DNA from: Syntrophomonadaceae bacterium
Lineage (GTDB): Bacteria; Bacillota; PH28-bin88
DNA length: 64,000 bases
Reading direction: 5' to 3'
NCBI GenBank assembly: GCA_018333865.1
Contig: JAGXSE010000066.1
Coordinates: forward strand, 66,919 to 130,918
A model generated the notes under the pieces. The model was not told where the DNA came from and did no database searches. It was given only the letters and a program-made list of their open reading frames with translations. Below are positions 1-9,313 of the stretch, piece by piece. A program made the position numbers and the translations under genes. How positions within the stretch are numbered: position 1 is the first letter of the stretch; every line of letters starts with the position of its first letter.

Positions 1-256
1 TGGTCCGCTCGGCTGGGTTAAGAGTATTGCTTACAGTATCCCGCTGGCCTTCATTGCCATGGTAATCGTTTCCTGGCTGACAAAGGAGCCGCCATTGGAA
101 GTCAGGCAACAGGTCGATAAGATGCACGGCTGGTCAGACTACCGTGAGGAGCGCTACAATGGTAAAGTCTTGCCGGTAATTATCCTTATTCTTTCCATCC
201 TCTGCATTTTGTTCAGCTTTACTCTATACGACATCTTTTCCAAGATCGGCAGTTAA
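1..256 (+). CDS. C-terminal end of an integral membrane transporter (sodium:solute symporter-like), truncated by the window start
   Basis: The frame stays open from position 2. The hydrophobic C-terminal helix (VLPVIILILSILCILFSF) and a short cytoplasmic tail resemble SSS-family C-termini. No start codon falls inside the window. Confidence 0.35.
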   Translation, partial: GPLGWVKSIAYSIPLAFIAMVIVSWLTKEPPLEVRQQVDKMHGWSDYREERYNGKVLPVIILILSILCILFSFTLYDIFSKIGS

Positions 257-267
257 GGAGGTTTGGT

Positions 268-1725
268 ATGGAAAACTGGCAAAAGATTTGCAAAACGCCT
301 TGGCGGGAATTAAAAAAGATGCAGGATCGCAAGTTGCGTTCTTTTTTGATAAACCAGATTTACCCTTACAGTCCTTATTACCGGCGTCTTTTTGACAAGC
401 ACAAACTTGATCCCTATAAATTTCAAGGTGTGGACGACCTGGTACACATCCCTTTCTCTTATAAGGAAGATGTGGCGCCAACCAATGAAAGTCCTAAAAA
501 ACACAGGGATTTTATCATCAGGCCCGACGAAGAAATCTCGAAGAAATATGGGCACCTGGCCAAACTTTCTCCTTATGGCGGAAAGCAGGTAGTGGCGGAA
601 AAAGTTTATGAGTACAAGCCGGTACATATGCATTTTACTACTGGGCGCACAGCTAAGGCCACCCCGTTTGTTTATTCGCTGCGTGACCTGGAGAACATCC
701 GGGAAGGCGGGCGGCGACTGTTTGATGTGTTTGCGTTATCAAAAGATGACGTAATGATCAACGCTTTTCCCTACGCGCCGCATTTGGCCTTCTGGCAGGC
801 TTTTTTTGCCGCCGATGCACTAGGGGTGACTAGCCTGCATAGTGGTGGCGGCAAAGTGATGGGAACGCAAAACTTGATTGATGCTGTAGAAATGCTGCGT
901 GGGACTGTTCTGGCCTTTATCCCTGGCTACGCCTATTATTTTCTGCGCCAGGCCGCCGAGCAGAAAAAAGACTACTCCTCTGTGCGTAAACTGCTGTTCG
1001 GCGGTGAGCGGGTGCCACCCGGCCTAAAGGACAAGATCCGTGCCACCTTGCAGGAGATGGGGGCGAAAAACCCGATGGTACTAGCTACTTATGCCTGCAC
1101 GGAAAGCCGTCTGGCTTGGGGCGAATGCCCATCGGAATCGTCTTTCGGCTATCATATTTACCCCGATCTGGAGATTATTGAGCTAGTTGACCCGGAGACA
1201 GGAGAGCGGGTGGCGGAAGGGGAAGAAGGGGAAGTTGTGTATACAGCGCTGGATTGGCGTGGCACTTGCATGCTTCGCTACCGGACAGGTGATGTGGCTA
1301 AAGGCGGCATCACCTACGAACCCTGTCCCAACTGTGGCCGTACTGTTCCACGCATCAGCGCCAACCTGCAGCGCAAATCGGAGTTTAAAGAATTTAACCT
1401 GACAAAAATCAAAGGAACGCTGGTTAACCTGAATAACTTCTTTCCCTTGCTGATGGGTCACCCGCAGGTGCTGGAATGGCAGGTGGAGATACGCAAGCGC
1501 AACAACGACCCGTTTGACCTGGACGAAATTTACCTTTACCTGGCCCCGGCTGCGGGCGTTAACCTGGAGGAACTGAAGAATGAATTGCGGCAAAAAATAT
1601 CTCGGGATACAGAAGTATCGCCTAACGAAATTATAGTAACATCAGTGGATCAGATCCTGGGCAGGTTGGGCATGGAAACAGAACTGAAAGAAAAAAGAAT
1701 TCTCGACAGCCGTCCATGTAAATAG
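268..1725 (+). CDS. Phenylacetate-CoA ligase-like adenylate-forming enzyme (PaaK / coenzyme F390 synthetase family) with a C-terminal CPNCG zinc-ribbon-like insert and extension
   Basis: 485 aa ORF. The N-terminal region (LRSFLINQIYPYSPYYRRLF...HIPFSYKEDV), the 'HFTTGRTAKATPF' adenylation core and 'RYRTGD' are typical of the PaaK/CapK/F390 synthetase family. A CPNCGR motif is followed by a roughly 100 aa extra C-terminal region. An RBS-like GGAGG lies upstream. Confidence 0.6.
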   Translation: MENWQKICKTPWRELKKMQDRKLRSFLINQIYPYSPYYRRLFDKHKLDPYKFQGVDDLVHIPFSYKEDVAPTNESPKKHRDFIIRPDEEISKKYGHLAKLSPYGGKQVVAEKVYEYKPVHMHFTTGRTAKATPFVYSLRDLENIREGGRRLFDVFALSKDDVMINAFPYAPHLAFWQAFFAADALGVTSLHSGGGKVMGTQNLIDAVEMLRGTVLAFIPGYAYYFLRQAAEQKKDYSSVRKLLFGGERVPPGLKDKIRATLQEMGAKNPMVLATYACTESRLAWGECPSESSFGYHIYPDLEIIELVDPETGERVAEGEEGEVVYTALDWRGTCMLRYRTGDVAKGGITYEPCPNCGRTVPRISANLQRKSEFKEFNLTKIKGTLVNLNNFFPLLMGHPQVLEWQVEIRKRNNDPFDLDEIYLYLAPAAGVNLEELKNELRQKISRDTEVSPNEIIVTSVDQILGRLGMETELKEKRILDSRPCK

Positions 1726-1749
1726 AGCGGGGAGGAGTGTGGCTATTAT

Positions 1750-3159
1750 ATGGAGAATTTGGAAAAATTAAGCCGTTTGTCAGAAAAACAGGTTAGAGAA
1801 CTGCAGGAACAGCGCCTACAGTCCTTTCTAGGTGGGGAGGTGGCGTCCAGGCACCCAGCTTACCGGGAGGCATGGCAGGCAGTGCCACGTTCCTTGGCCG
1901 ACCTGTCCATTCTACCTTTTACAACTAAGGATGAACTGCTTCCAACGCCTGGTAACCCGACAGGGTACCTGCGTTATGTATTGGAGTCGCCGGCTTCTGC
2001 CGAGGCTGGCGGCGGGTTTTTGAGTATTCTTTTAGCCAAAAAAAGGAGCAACAGTACCCCTGAAAAATACGCTACCAGTCAGATCTTTTTTTCGGCTGGG
2101 CGCACGGGACGCATTACGCCTTATGTTTACTCTGTCTACGATGTGGATCAGCTGCGGGAGGCTGGATTGCACCTGTTAAACGTGCTCGGTTTAACTCAGG
2201 ACGATACCATGGTTAATGCCATGCCTTACCTGCCTAACCTTTGCTTCTGGCAAATCTATTACGCAACCGTCAGCATGGGGGCTACTGCGCTGCAGACTGG
2301 AGGCGGCAGGATCTTGGGTGCGGAAAAGATTATCGCTGCTTTGGAAAGCATGGAGGCCTCTACCCTATTCTCCACGCCTGGCTATGCGGAATACTTGCTG
2401 CAAAGTGCCATTCAACATCAGATAAAATTGCCACATCTGCAAAATATCATTGTTGGCTATACACCTGCTCCGCTGCCTGTTGTCAGTCGGCTTGAGATGT
2501 TGGCAGGCATGGCCGGCAGTCTTTCAGCCAAGGTTAAAAGAATTTATTTTCTTAACGAGGCGAAGGTCGCCTGGCCGGAATGCTCGCCTGGGAGCGGTTA
2601 TCATTTCTACCCTGATCATAGCTTGCTTGAAGCGTTAGAGTTAGCCTCTGATGAACGGAAGAGGTCGGAGCTGGTTTTGACAAACCTAGATGTTAAAGGC
2701 TCCTGTGTCGTTCGTTTCCGTACTGGGGATCTAATCGACGGCATTACTTTTGATACCTGCCCAAATTGCAATCGTAGACTGCCGCGCCTGGTAGGCGAAA
2801 TCGAGCGTCTACAGGAATTTAAAACTTTTAGGTTTAATGGCAAGGAAAAAAGCCTAAACTTAAATAGCTTGCACGGGTTACTGGCCGCTGAGCCGGAGGT
2901 CCTGCTTTGGCAGGCTGTTGTCTCACCTGTACAGGGCTTGGGCCTTGACGTTTCATTGCGTAATAAGAATGATGCGCCCAAAGTATTGCCACGATTGCAG
3001 GAAATGCTAGCTACTGAACTGGGTGTGGTGCCTCAGGTTACTGTTGTCTCTTACCGGGATTTGGTAGAACGGCTGGGTTTGGAAAAATTTCCGGTAGAAA
3101 AAAGAATCATTGAGTGGAAGCACGGGGACGGTTCTCCTGCTTCCAAATCCTATGCCTGA
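1750..3159 (+). CDS. Second PaaK/F390-synthetase-like adenylating enzyme, tandem paralog of the previous gene
   Basis: 469 aa with the same architecture: LQSFLGG..AYREAW, SAGRTGRITPYVYS, RFRTGD, then a DTCPNCNRRLPRL zinc-ribbon-like motif and a C-terminal extension. Same strand, 24 nt downstream of the paralog. Confidence 0.6.
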   Translation: MENLEKLSRLSEKQVRELQEQRLQSFLGGEVASRHPAYREAWQAVPRSLADLSILPFTTKDELLPTPGNPTGYLRYVLESPASAEAGGGFLSILLAKKRSNSTPEKYATSQIFFSAGRTGRITPYVYSVYDVDQLREAGLHLLNVLGLTQDDTMVNAMPYLPNLCFWQIYYATVSMGATALQTGGGRILGAEKIIAALESMEASTLFSTPGYAEYLLQSAIQHQIKLPHLQNIIVGYTPAPLPVVSRLEMLAGMAGSLSAKVKRIYFLNEAKVAWPECSPGSGYHFYPDHSLLEALELASDERKRSELVLTNLDVKGSCVVRFRTGDLIDGITFDTCPNCNRRLPRLVGEIERLQEFKTFRFNGKEKSLNLNSLHGLLAAEPEVLLWQAVVSPVQGLGLDVSLRNKNDAPKVLPRLQEMLATELGVVPQVTVVSYRDLVERLGLEKFPVEKRIIEWKHGDGSPASKSYA

Positions 3160-3246
3160 CGCTAACATTTACCCGGATTTGCGCTAACCTAAAGGAAGCA
3201 AGAGAAGAAACGTCCCCATGCTTCTTTTCTTCAGCAAAAAACTTTC

Positions 3247-3276
3247 TTTACTCTCCTGATATATTACAGTATAATT
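3247..3276 (+). promoter_or_regulatory. Putative sigma-A promoter of the trp leader
   Basis: -35-like TTTACT/TTACTC at about 3247-3253, then a 16-17 nt spacer, then -10 TATAAT at 3270-3275. It sits about 25 nt upstream of the triplet-repeat array. Confidence 0.4.
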
Positions 3277-3299
3277 AGGCAGCCGGTAAAATTAAAGCT

Positions 3300-3362
3300 G
3301 AGCTGAGTTGAGAATTAAATAAGCATAGTTGAGCTGAGCGAGCTGAGATGAGTTGAGATGAG
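3300..3362 (+). promoter_or_regulatory. TRAP (MtrB) RNA-binding site in the trp leader: array of (G/U)AG triplets with 2-nt spacers
   Basis: GAG triplets at 3300, 3305 and 3310. After a gap come AAG 3321, TAG 3326, then GAG at 3331, 3336, 3340, 3345, 3350, 3355 and 3360. Spacers are mostly 2 nt (CT/TT/AT). That is 11-12 triplets, matching the 11-subunit TRAP binding architecture known from the Bacillus trp leader. Confidence 0.6.
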
Positions 3363-3440
3363 TATCGGGCGGAATTGTGATGGTTTGGCCAAAACAAGTA
3401 TTGGCTAGACCTTAACATTACTTCTAAGGTGCTTTAATGA

Positions 3441-3475
3441 CTCCAGGGCGAGCTAGCCCTGGAGTTTTTATTTTT
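3441..3475 (+). terminator. Intrinsic (attenuator) terminator between the TRAP site and trpE
   Basis: Perfect hairpin CTCCAGGGC-GAGC-TAGCCCTGGAG at 3441-3464, followed by TTTTTATTTTT at 3465-3475. It lies upstream of the trpE start at 3598. Confidence 0.7.
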
Positions 3476-3597
3476 AAGCCGCCAGTATATTCAACCAATT
3501 GGGGACATTCCTGTCCCGTTCAAGAAGCAAGAAACAAGAGCTGGGCAGACAAGAGAACCGTCCCCTTGTCTTCGCGGCATAAGAGGAGTGTGGGAGA

Positions 3598-5103
3598 GTG
3601 TTGCAGATACACCCGTCAAGTTCAGAGGAATTTTTTGATTTAGCCCAGAAAGGCAACCTGGTGCCTGTTTATGCCGAGTTTTCGGCAGCCTTGGAAACCC
3701 CCTTGGCCGTCTTTTTAAAACTGAGACAGGGTCCATACGGGTTTTTGCTGGAAAGCGTGGAGCGGGGGCAAAACCTTGGCCGATATTCTTTTATCGGCAC
3801 AGAGCCTTACCTGCTTTTCAGTTCTAAGGACGGCAAAGTGAAGATTGTGGAAAATGGTCAGCCAGTATTGTATGAGGTCAAAGACCCCCTGCAGGAATTG
3901 GCAAAAATCTTAAAGAGATACCGACCGGTTAAAGCTCCCGGCTTACCCGGCTTTGCGGGAGGGGCGGTAGGCTACCTTGGTTATGACATGGCCGGTTATT
4001 TTGAAAAACTGCCACCTGGCAAAAAAGGGGAACCAGATCTTCCTGATTGCATGTTTATGCTTGCCGACACCCTTGTGGTTTTTGATCATGTACGGCAGGT
4101 GATCCAGGTGGTGGTTAACGCCAGGGTGACTGAAAATCCGCGTCAGGACTACCTGAGGGCTGCAGAAAAAATTGCACAGATCAGGGCAAGGTTAAATGTT
4201 GCTGTTCCGAATTATCTGCTTAAAAATTTAAGCAGCCCGCAAAAAAAAATCAGCTACAACCACAATCTGACGGCAGGGCAGTTCCAGGATATGGTTAGAG
4301 CGGCAAAGGCATATATCCGGAAAGGAGACATCTTCCAAGTGGTCTTGTCCCAGCGGGTTGACTTCCCTTTGGAGGCTGATCCCCTGAACGTCTACCAGGT
4401 TTTGCGCTCTTTAAACCCTTCCCCCTACATGTTTTATTTGCAGCTGGATGACCTTTATTTTGTAGGTTCCTCGCCGGAATTGCTGGTAAAGGTAGAAAAC
4501 GGACAAGCGGAAATCAGACCCATTGCCGGCACCAGGCCCCGGGGCAAAAACGAGCTGCAAGAAAGGGAACTGGAACAAGAATTGCTCCATGACGAGAAAG
4601 AAAAAGCTGAGCATTTAATGCTGGTAGACTTGGGCCGCAATGACTTAGGCCGGGTTTCCAGGTACGGCACGGTCAAAGTAGCAAATTTCATGGAGGTGGA
4701 AAAGTATTCCCATGTCATGCACCTGGTCTCCAAGGTTACGGGGACATTACTGCCCCACTTGAACTGTTTTGACGTCTTAAGGGCCAGCTTTCCCGCCGGC
4801 ACCGTTTCCGGCGCCCCCAAAATCAGGGCCATGGAGATCATCGCTGAGCTGGAGCCCACGCCCCGGGGCCCCTATGCCGGAGCAGTCGGTTATATCAGCT
4901 ATGGCGGAGATATGGATACCTGCATCACCATCCGCACCTTGATAGTGAACAAAGGCACGGGTTATATCCAGGCCGGGGCCGGAATTGTGGCTGACTCTGT
5001 TCCTACGCAAGAATATCAGGAAACTTTAAATAAAGCCAGGGCTTTGTTCAAGGCAGTGGAAATCGCCTCTGGAGGTGAAGCTGATGTTGCTGGTCATCGA
5101 TAA
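3598..5103 (+). CDS. trpE: Anthranilate synthase component I
   Basis: 501 aa with typical TrpE motifs (LLESVERG, GDIFQVVLSQR, IAGTRPRG, LVDLGRNDLGRV, GAVGY). GTG start with GGAG upstream. First gene after the leader. Confidence 0.9.
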   Translation: MLQIHPSSSEEFFDLAQKGNLVPVYAEFSAALETPLAVFLKLRQGPYGFLLESVERGQNLGRYSFIGTEPYLLFSSKDGKVKIVENGQPVLYEVKDPLQELAKILKRYRPVKAPGLPGFAGGAVGYLGYDMAGYFEKLPPGKKGEPDLPDCMFMLADTLVVFDHVRQVIQVVVNARVTENPRQDYLRAAEKIAQIRARLNVAVPNYLLKNLSSPQKKISYNHNLTAGQFQDMVRAAKAYIRKGDIFQVVLSQRVDFPLEADPLNVYQVLRSLNPSPYMFYLQLDDLYFVGSSPELLVKVENGQAEIRPIAGTRPRGKNELQERELEQELLHDEKEKAEHLMLVDLGRNDLGRVSRYGTVKVANFMEVEKYSHVMHLVSKVTGTLLPHLNCFDVLRASFPAGTVSGAPKIRAMEIIAELEPTPRGPYAGAVGYISYGGDMDTCITIRTLIVNKGTGYIQAGAGIVADSVPTQEYQETLNKARALFKAVEIASGGEADVAGHR

Positions 5104-5686
5104 CTATGATTCCTTTACCTATAACCTGGTCCAATATTTGGGAATGCTGGGGGCAGATATCAAGGTGGTGCGAAATGACCAGGCCAGCCTTTTGGATATT
5201 ATCGCCCTGCAGCCGGAAAAGATTGTTATTTCGCCCGGGCCGGGGACTCCCGCTGCAGCAGGGGTTTGTAACGAAGTCATCCGGCAGCTTTCCGGGAAAA
5301 TCCCGATTCTTGGGGTCTGTTTAGGCCACCAGTGCATCGGGGAGGTGTTTGGCTTTCCCGTTGTTCCGGCCGCTACCCTGCTCCACGGCAAGACCTCCCT
5401 TATCTATCACTCGGGGGATAGCCTCTTTTCCGGCATCCCGCAAGGCATCCGGGTTGCCCGGTATCATTCCCTGGTCTTGGAAAAGGACCATGCTGCCCTG
5501 GATTTGCAGATAGTTGCCAGGACGGAAGATGGGACCATTATGGCGGTGCAGCACGTAAGTCATCCGACCTTTGGCGTCCAATTCCACCCGGAATCTGTCG
5601 CTACTGAATATGGTTTTGACATCTTACAGAATTTCTTAACGAGAAGCGGGCTTGACACCAGCGTGAAAGAGGTGGCCAGGAATTGA
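5084..5686 (+). CDS. trpG: Anthranilate synthase component II (glutamine amidotransferase)
   Basis: MLLVIDNYDSFTYNLVQYLG N-terminus, catalytic GVCLGHQ and the HPESV triad region. ATG at 5084 is preceded by GGAGGTG (5071-5077). It overlaps the trpE 3' end by 20 nt. The ORF-track start at 5075 is a GTG inside the RBS. Confidence 0.9.
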   Translation: MLLVIDNYDSFTYNLVQYLGMLGADIKVVRNDQASLLDIIALQPEKIVISPGPGTPAAAGVCNEVIRQLSGKIPILGVCLGHQCIGEVFGFPVVPAATLLHGKTSLIYHSGDSLFSGIPQGIRVARYHSLVLEKDHAALDLQIVARTEDGTIMAVQHVSHPTFGVQFHPESVATEYGFDILQNFLTRSGLDTSVKEVARN

Positions 5687-6717
5687 TTAAAGAGATGATC
5701 AAGAAGGTAGTAAGGAGAGAAAATTTAAGCACTGGCGAGGCCAAAGAGGTGATGGAGGAAATAATGGAAGGAAAGGCCACTCCCGCCCAGATCGGCAGCC
5801 TGATTACAGCCCTTAGTATGAAGGGGGAAACTGTGGCAGAAATTGCCGGTTTTGCCCAGGCGATGCGGGCCAAGGCCTTGCCAATCAAAAGCAGACACCC
5901 TACCTTCATCGATACCTGCGGCACAGGCGGCGATGGCAGCGGTACTTTCAATATTTCCACAACCGTCGCCCTGGTAGTGGCCGCTGCCGGCCTACCTGTG
6001 GCCAAGCACGGCAACCGGTCCGTATCCAGCAAAAGCGGCAGTGCCGACCTGCTGGAGGCCCTGGGAGTAAGAATTGACCTTTGCCCCCGGGAAACAGAGT
6101 CTATCTTAAATGAGCTCGGGATCGCCTTCTTGTACGCGCCTTTCTTTCATCAGGCCATGCGCCATGCCGTAGGACCTCGCCAGGAAGTAGGTATCCGCAG
6201 TGTCTTTAATATTTTAGGGCCTTTGACAAATCCCGCTCAGGCTCCAGTGCAGGTCTTGGGGGTTTATGACCCCAATTTAACGGAGGTCATGGCCCAGGTC
6301 TTAGAACGCTTGGACACAAAAACCGCCTATGTGGTCCATGGGGCCGGCGGTTTAGATGAGGTCTCCACCCTCGGACCTACAAAGATCAGCTGCCTGTGCC
6401 AGGGTTCCATCAAGAATTTAACAATTTATCCCGAAGATTACGGCCTGGACAGGGCTAACCTAGCAGAGCTACAGGGGGGCGAGGCCAGCCAAAACGCCCT
6501 GATTACCATGAATATCCTGGAGGGACAGCCAGGCCCCTGCCAGGACATCGTCCTTTTGAACAGCGCCGTGGCCTTAGTAGCCGGAGGAATCGCGGAAGAC
6601 ATCCGGGAGGGAATAAAAATTGGGAGAGAAACCCTGACCTCTGGCCAGGCCCTGGATAAGCTCCAGCAATTTAGAAGAGTTACAAACCGGCGGGGCCAGA
6701 AAGGGGAAGAAGCATGA
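5683..6717 (+). CDS. trpD: Anthranilate phosphoribosyltransferase
   Basis: 344 aa with GTGGDG, NISTTVALVVAAAGLPVAKHGNRS and HGAGGLDE motifs. TTG start overlapping the trpG stop. Confidence 0.9.
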   Translation: MIKEMIKKVVRRENLSTGEAKEVMEEIMEGKATPAQIGSLITALSMKGETVAEIAGFAQAMRAKALPIKSRHPTFIDTCGTGGDGSGTFNISTTVALVVAAAGLPVAKHGNRSVSSKSGSADLLEALGVRIDLCPRETESILNELGIAFLYAPFFHQAMRHAVGPRQEVGIRSVFNILGPLTNPAQAPVQVLGVYDPNLTEVMAQVLERLDTKTAYVVHGAGGLDEVSTLGPTKISCLCQGSIKNLTIYPEDYGLDRANLAELQGGEASQNALITMNILEGQPGPCQDIVLLNSAVALVAGGIAEDIREGIKIGRETLTSGQALDKLQQFRRVTNRRGQKGEEA

Positions 6718-7490
6718 CCCTGGAACGCATCCTCGCCCATAAAAAAAAGGAGGTAGCCCAAAGAAAACAGCTCTTTCCCCTGCCGGAATTAAAAAAACAA
6801 TTGCCCCGGCAAAGGCATGAACCGGCAGGCTTTCAGATAGCCCTGGCCCAGGACGGCGCAAGCCTGATTGCAGAGATAAAAAAGGCCTCCCCGACCAAGG
6901 GGGTATTGCGACCAGACTTTGACCCGGTAAAAATTGCGCGCTGCTATGAGGAAAATGGCGCCTCCGCAATTTCTGTCCTGACTGATGCAGAGTTTTTCCT
7001 GGGCAGCCTGGACTGCCTGAAACAAGTCCGGGAAGCGACCCGGCTGCCCATCTTATGTAAAGATTTTATCATCGACCCCTATCAAATTTACGAGGCTAGC
7101 CTTTATGGTGCCGATGCGGTTTTGCTCATTGCCGGCGTTTTAGACCAAGAGGACTTGGCTTCCTTTTACCGGCTGGCCACAGACCTGGCATTAGCGGCCC
7201 TGGTAGAGGTCCACTCCCCTTCGGAATTAGGCCTGGCCCTGCAAGCCGGGGCAGAAATAATCGGCATCAACAACCGGGATTTAAAGACCTTTAGGACTGA
7301 TTTAAAAACCACCCTGGAGATGGCTGCCATGGTGCCTGACCATTGTCTTTTGGTCAGTGAAAGCGGCATCTCCACGGCCGATGATATCAGGCGGCTGGCC
7401 GCGGCAGGCGTTGATGCCGTCTTGGTGGGAGAAGCCCTGGTGACGAGCAAAGACATCGGCCAAAAAGTTCGTGAACTGGCCGGGAGGTGA
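6714..7490 (+). CDS. trpC: Indole-3-glycerol phosphate synthase
   Basis: 258 aa. IAEIKKASPTKG and INNRDLKTF are classical TrpC motifs. ATG overlaps the trpD stop. Confidence 0.9.
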   Translation: MTLERILAHKKKEVAQRKQLFPLPELKKQLPRQRHEPAGFQIALAQDGASLIAEIKKASPTKGVLRPDFDPVKIARCYEENGASAISVLTDAEFFLGSLDCLKQVREATRLPILCKDFIIDPYQIYEASLYGADAVLLIAGVLDQEDLASFYRLATDLALAALVEVHSPSELGLALQAGAEIIGINNRDLKTFRTDLKTTLEMAAMVPDHCLLVSESGISTADDIRRLAAAGVDAVLVGEALVTSKDIGQKVRELAGR

Positions 7491-7496
7491 ACACAG

Positions 7497-8123
7497 ATGG
7501 TATGGATCAAAATCTGCGGCATCACTAACTTGCCGGATGCCCTGGCAGCAACAGCTTTAGGGGCCGATGCCGCCGGCTTTGTTTTCGCGGCCGGCAAACG
7601 GCAAGTAAAACCTGAGGTTGTCCGGATGATCGTCCAAAACCTCCCCCCGCGAGTTGCAAAAGTAGGTGTCTTTGTCAACAAGAAAATTAGTCTGGTGCGG
7701 GAAATTGCCGATTTCTGCGGCTTGACGGCCATTCAGCTTCACGGTGAGGAATCCGCCGCTTACTGCTCTCTTCTTAGGGGTTATGAGGTGATCAAGGCTT
7801 TTCGCATCCAGGACAATTTGCCAGAGGGTCAAATGCGCGATTATCTCCAGAAGCAGGTTGTCCAAAAAATCCTGCTGGATACCTATCTGCCAGATCAACT
7901 TGGCGGCACCGGCAAAACCTTCGACTGGAAGCTGGCTGCAAGGCAGGAATGGTTGCAGCTACCAGTAATCATCGCCGGGGGCTTAAACCCTGAGAACATA
8001 AGCGAGGCCCTCCAAATAGCCCAGCCTTTTGGCGTTGATGTCAGCAGCGGTGTAGAAAAAGCGCCTGGGCAAAAGGACTTCTTTAAACTAAAAACCTTTA
8101 TTGAAAATGCAAGGGGGTTATAA
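7497..8123 (+). CDS. trpF: Phosphoribosylanthranilate isomerase
   Basis: 208 aa. KICGIT N-terminus, QLHGEE, and a C-terminal AGGLNPENI...VDVSSGVE. Confidence 0.85.
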   Translation: MVWIKICGITNLPDALAATALGADAAGFVFAAGKRQVKPEVVRMIVQNLPPRVAKVGVFVNKKISLVREIADFCGLTAIQLHGEESAAYCSLLRGYEVIKAFRIQDNLPEGQMRDYLQKQVVQKILLDTYLPDQLGGTGKTFDWKLAARQEWLQLPVIIAGGLNPENISEALQIAQPFGVDVSSGVEKAPGQKDFFKLKTFIENARGL

Positions 8124-8125
8124 TT

Positions 8126-9313
8126 TTGCAAGAGACTGGTTATTTCGGGGAGTTTGGCGGCAGATATGTGCCGGAGACCCTGATGGCTGCCCTGACGGAG
8201 CTGGAAAGAGCCTATGAACAATACAAAAGGGACCCCGTTTTTATGGCAGAAATGGCACACTATTTCCGAACCTACACGGGGAGGCCCACCCCCTTGTACT
8301 TCGCTAAAAGGCTGACGGAAGACCTGGGAGGGGCCAGAATCTACCTGAAGCGGGAAGACTTGAACCACACCGGGGCCCATAAAATCAACAACAGCCTTGG
8401 ACAAACCCTCTTGGCCAAAAAGATGGGCAAAAGCAAGATTATCGCCGAGACAGGCGCCGGGCAACACGGGGTAGCCTCAGCCACTGCGGCGGCTTTGTTG
8501 AATTGCGAATGCACTGTTTTTATGGGGGCGGAAGATGTCAAACGCCAGTCCTTAAATGTGTTTCGCATGCAACTTTTAGGGGCAAAGGTAATAGAAGTAA
8601 CCTCAGGCACCAAGACCCTTAAAGACGCAGCTAACGAAGCCTTGCGCCACTGGGTGGCTTCGGTGCAAGACACCCATTACGTTATCGGCTCTGTCGTTGG
8701 GCCCCACCCCTACCCGGCCATGGTGCGGGATTTTCAAAGCATTATCGGAGTTGAGGCCAGACAGCAGATACTGGAGCGGGAAAACAGGCTGCCAGACTAT
8801 CTGGTGGCCTGTGTCGGCGGCGGCAGCAATGCCATGGGCCTTTTTCATCCCTTCGTGCAGGATCAGGAGGTAAAAATGGTGGGGGTGGAAGCCGCCGGCC
8901 ATGGCATCCATACCGGCCACCATGCGGCCACACTGACCGCCGGGACCAAGGGTGTCCTGCACGGCGCTTTGAGCTATATCTTACAGGACGATGACGGCCA
9001 GATCCTGCCGGCCCACTCCATCTCCGCCGGACTGGACTATCCCGGCGTAGGCCCGGAACACAGCTATTACAAAGACAGCGGCCGGGCAAGCTACCAGGCC
9101 ATTACCGATGCAGAAGCCCTGGAGGCATTTCAGAAGCTGGCTCGCCTGGAAGGGATCATCCCGGCGCTGGAAAGCGCCCATGCCCTGGCCTATGTGATGA
9201 AATTGGCCCCCGGCCTGTCCCCTGAACAAATAATTATTGTTAATTTATCCGGGCGCGGAGACAAGGACGTTCAGTCTGTCAGTAAAATCCTGGGAGGTGC
9301 AGTCTGTGAATAA
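8126..9313 (+). CDS. trpB: Tryptophan synthase beta subunit
   Basis: 395 aa. [11 protein letters not shown], the [12 protein letters not shown]-lysine motif, [11 protein letters not shown] start with AAGGGGG RBS. Confidence 0.92.
   Translation: MQETGYFGEFGGRYVPETLMAALTELERAYEQYKRDPVFMAEMAHYFRTYTGRPTPLYFAKRLTEDLGGARIYLKREDLNHTGAHKINNSLGQTLLAKKMGKSKIIAETGAGQHGVASATAAALLNCECTVFMGAEDVKRQSLNVFRMQLLGAKVIEVTSGTKTLKDAANEALRHWVASVQDTHYVIGSVVGPHPYPAMVRDFQSIIGVEARQQILERENRLPDYLVACVGGGSNAMGLFHPFVQDQEVKMVGVEAAGHGIHTGHHAATLTAGTKGVLHGALSYILQDDDGQILPAHSISAGLDYPGVGPEHSYYKDSGRASYQAITDAEALEAFQKLARLEGIIPALESAHALAYVMKLAPGLSPEQIIIVNLSGRGDKDVQSVSKILGGAVCE

Noticed and set aside
3180-3240. Possible terminator hairpin for the second PaaK-like gene (GAAGCAAGAGAAGAAACG...CTTCTTTTCTTC)
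   Set aside because: The arms are only partly complementary and there is no clean T-tract. Not confident enough to call.
3280-3480. A T-box riboswitch as the trp leader, which is the more common arrangement in Clostridia
   Set aside because: No T-box consensus (AATTAGGGTGGNACCGCG-like) or specifier-loop architecture is visible. The region is dominated instead by the (G/U)AG triplet array typical of TRAP.
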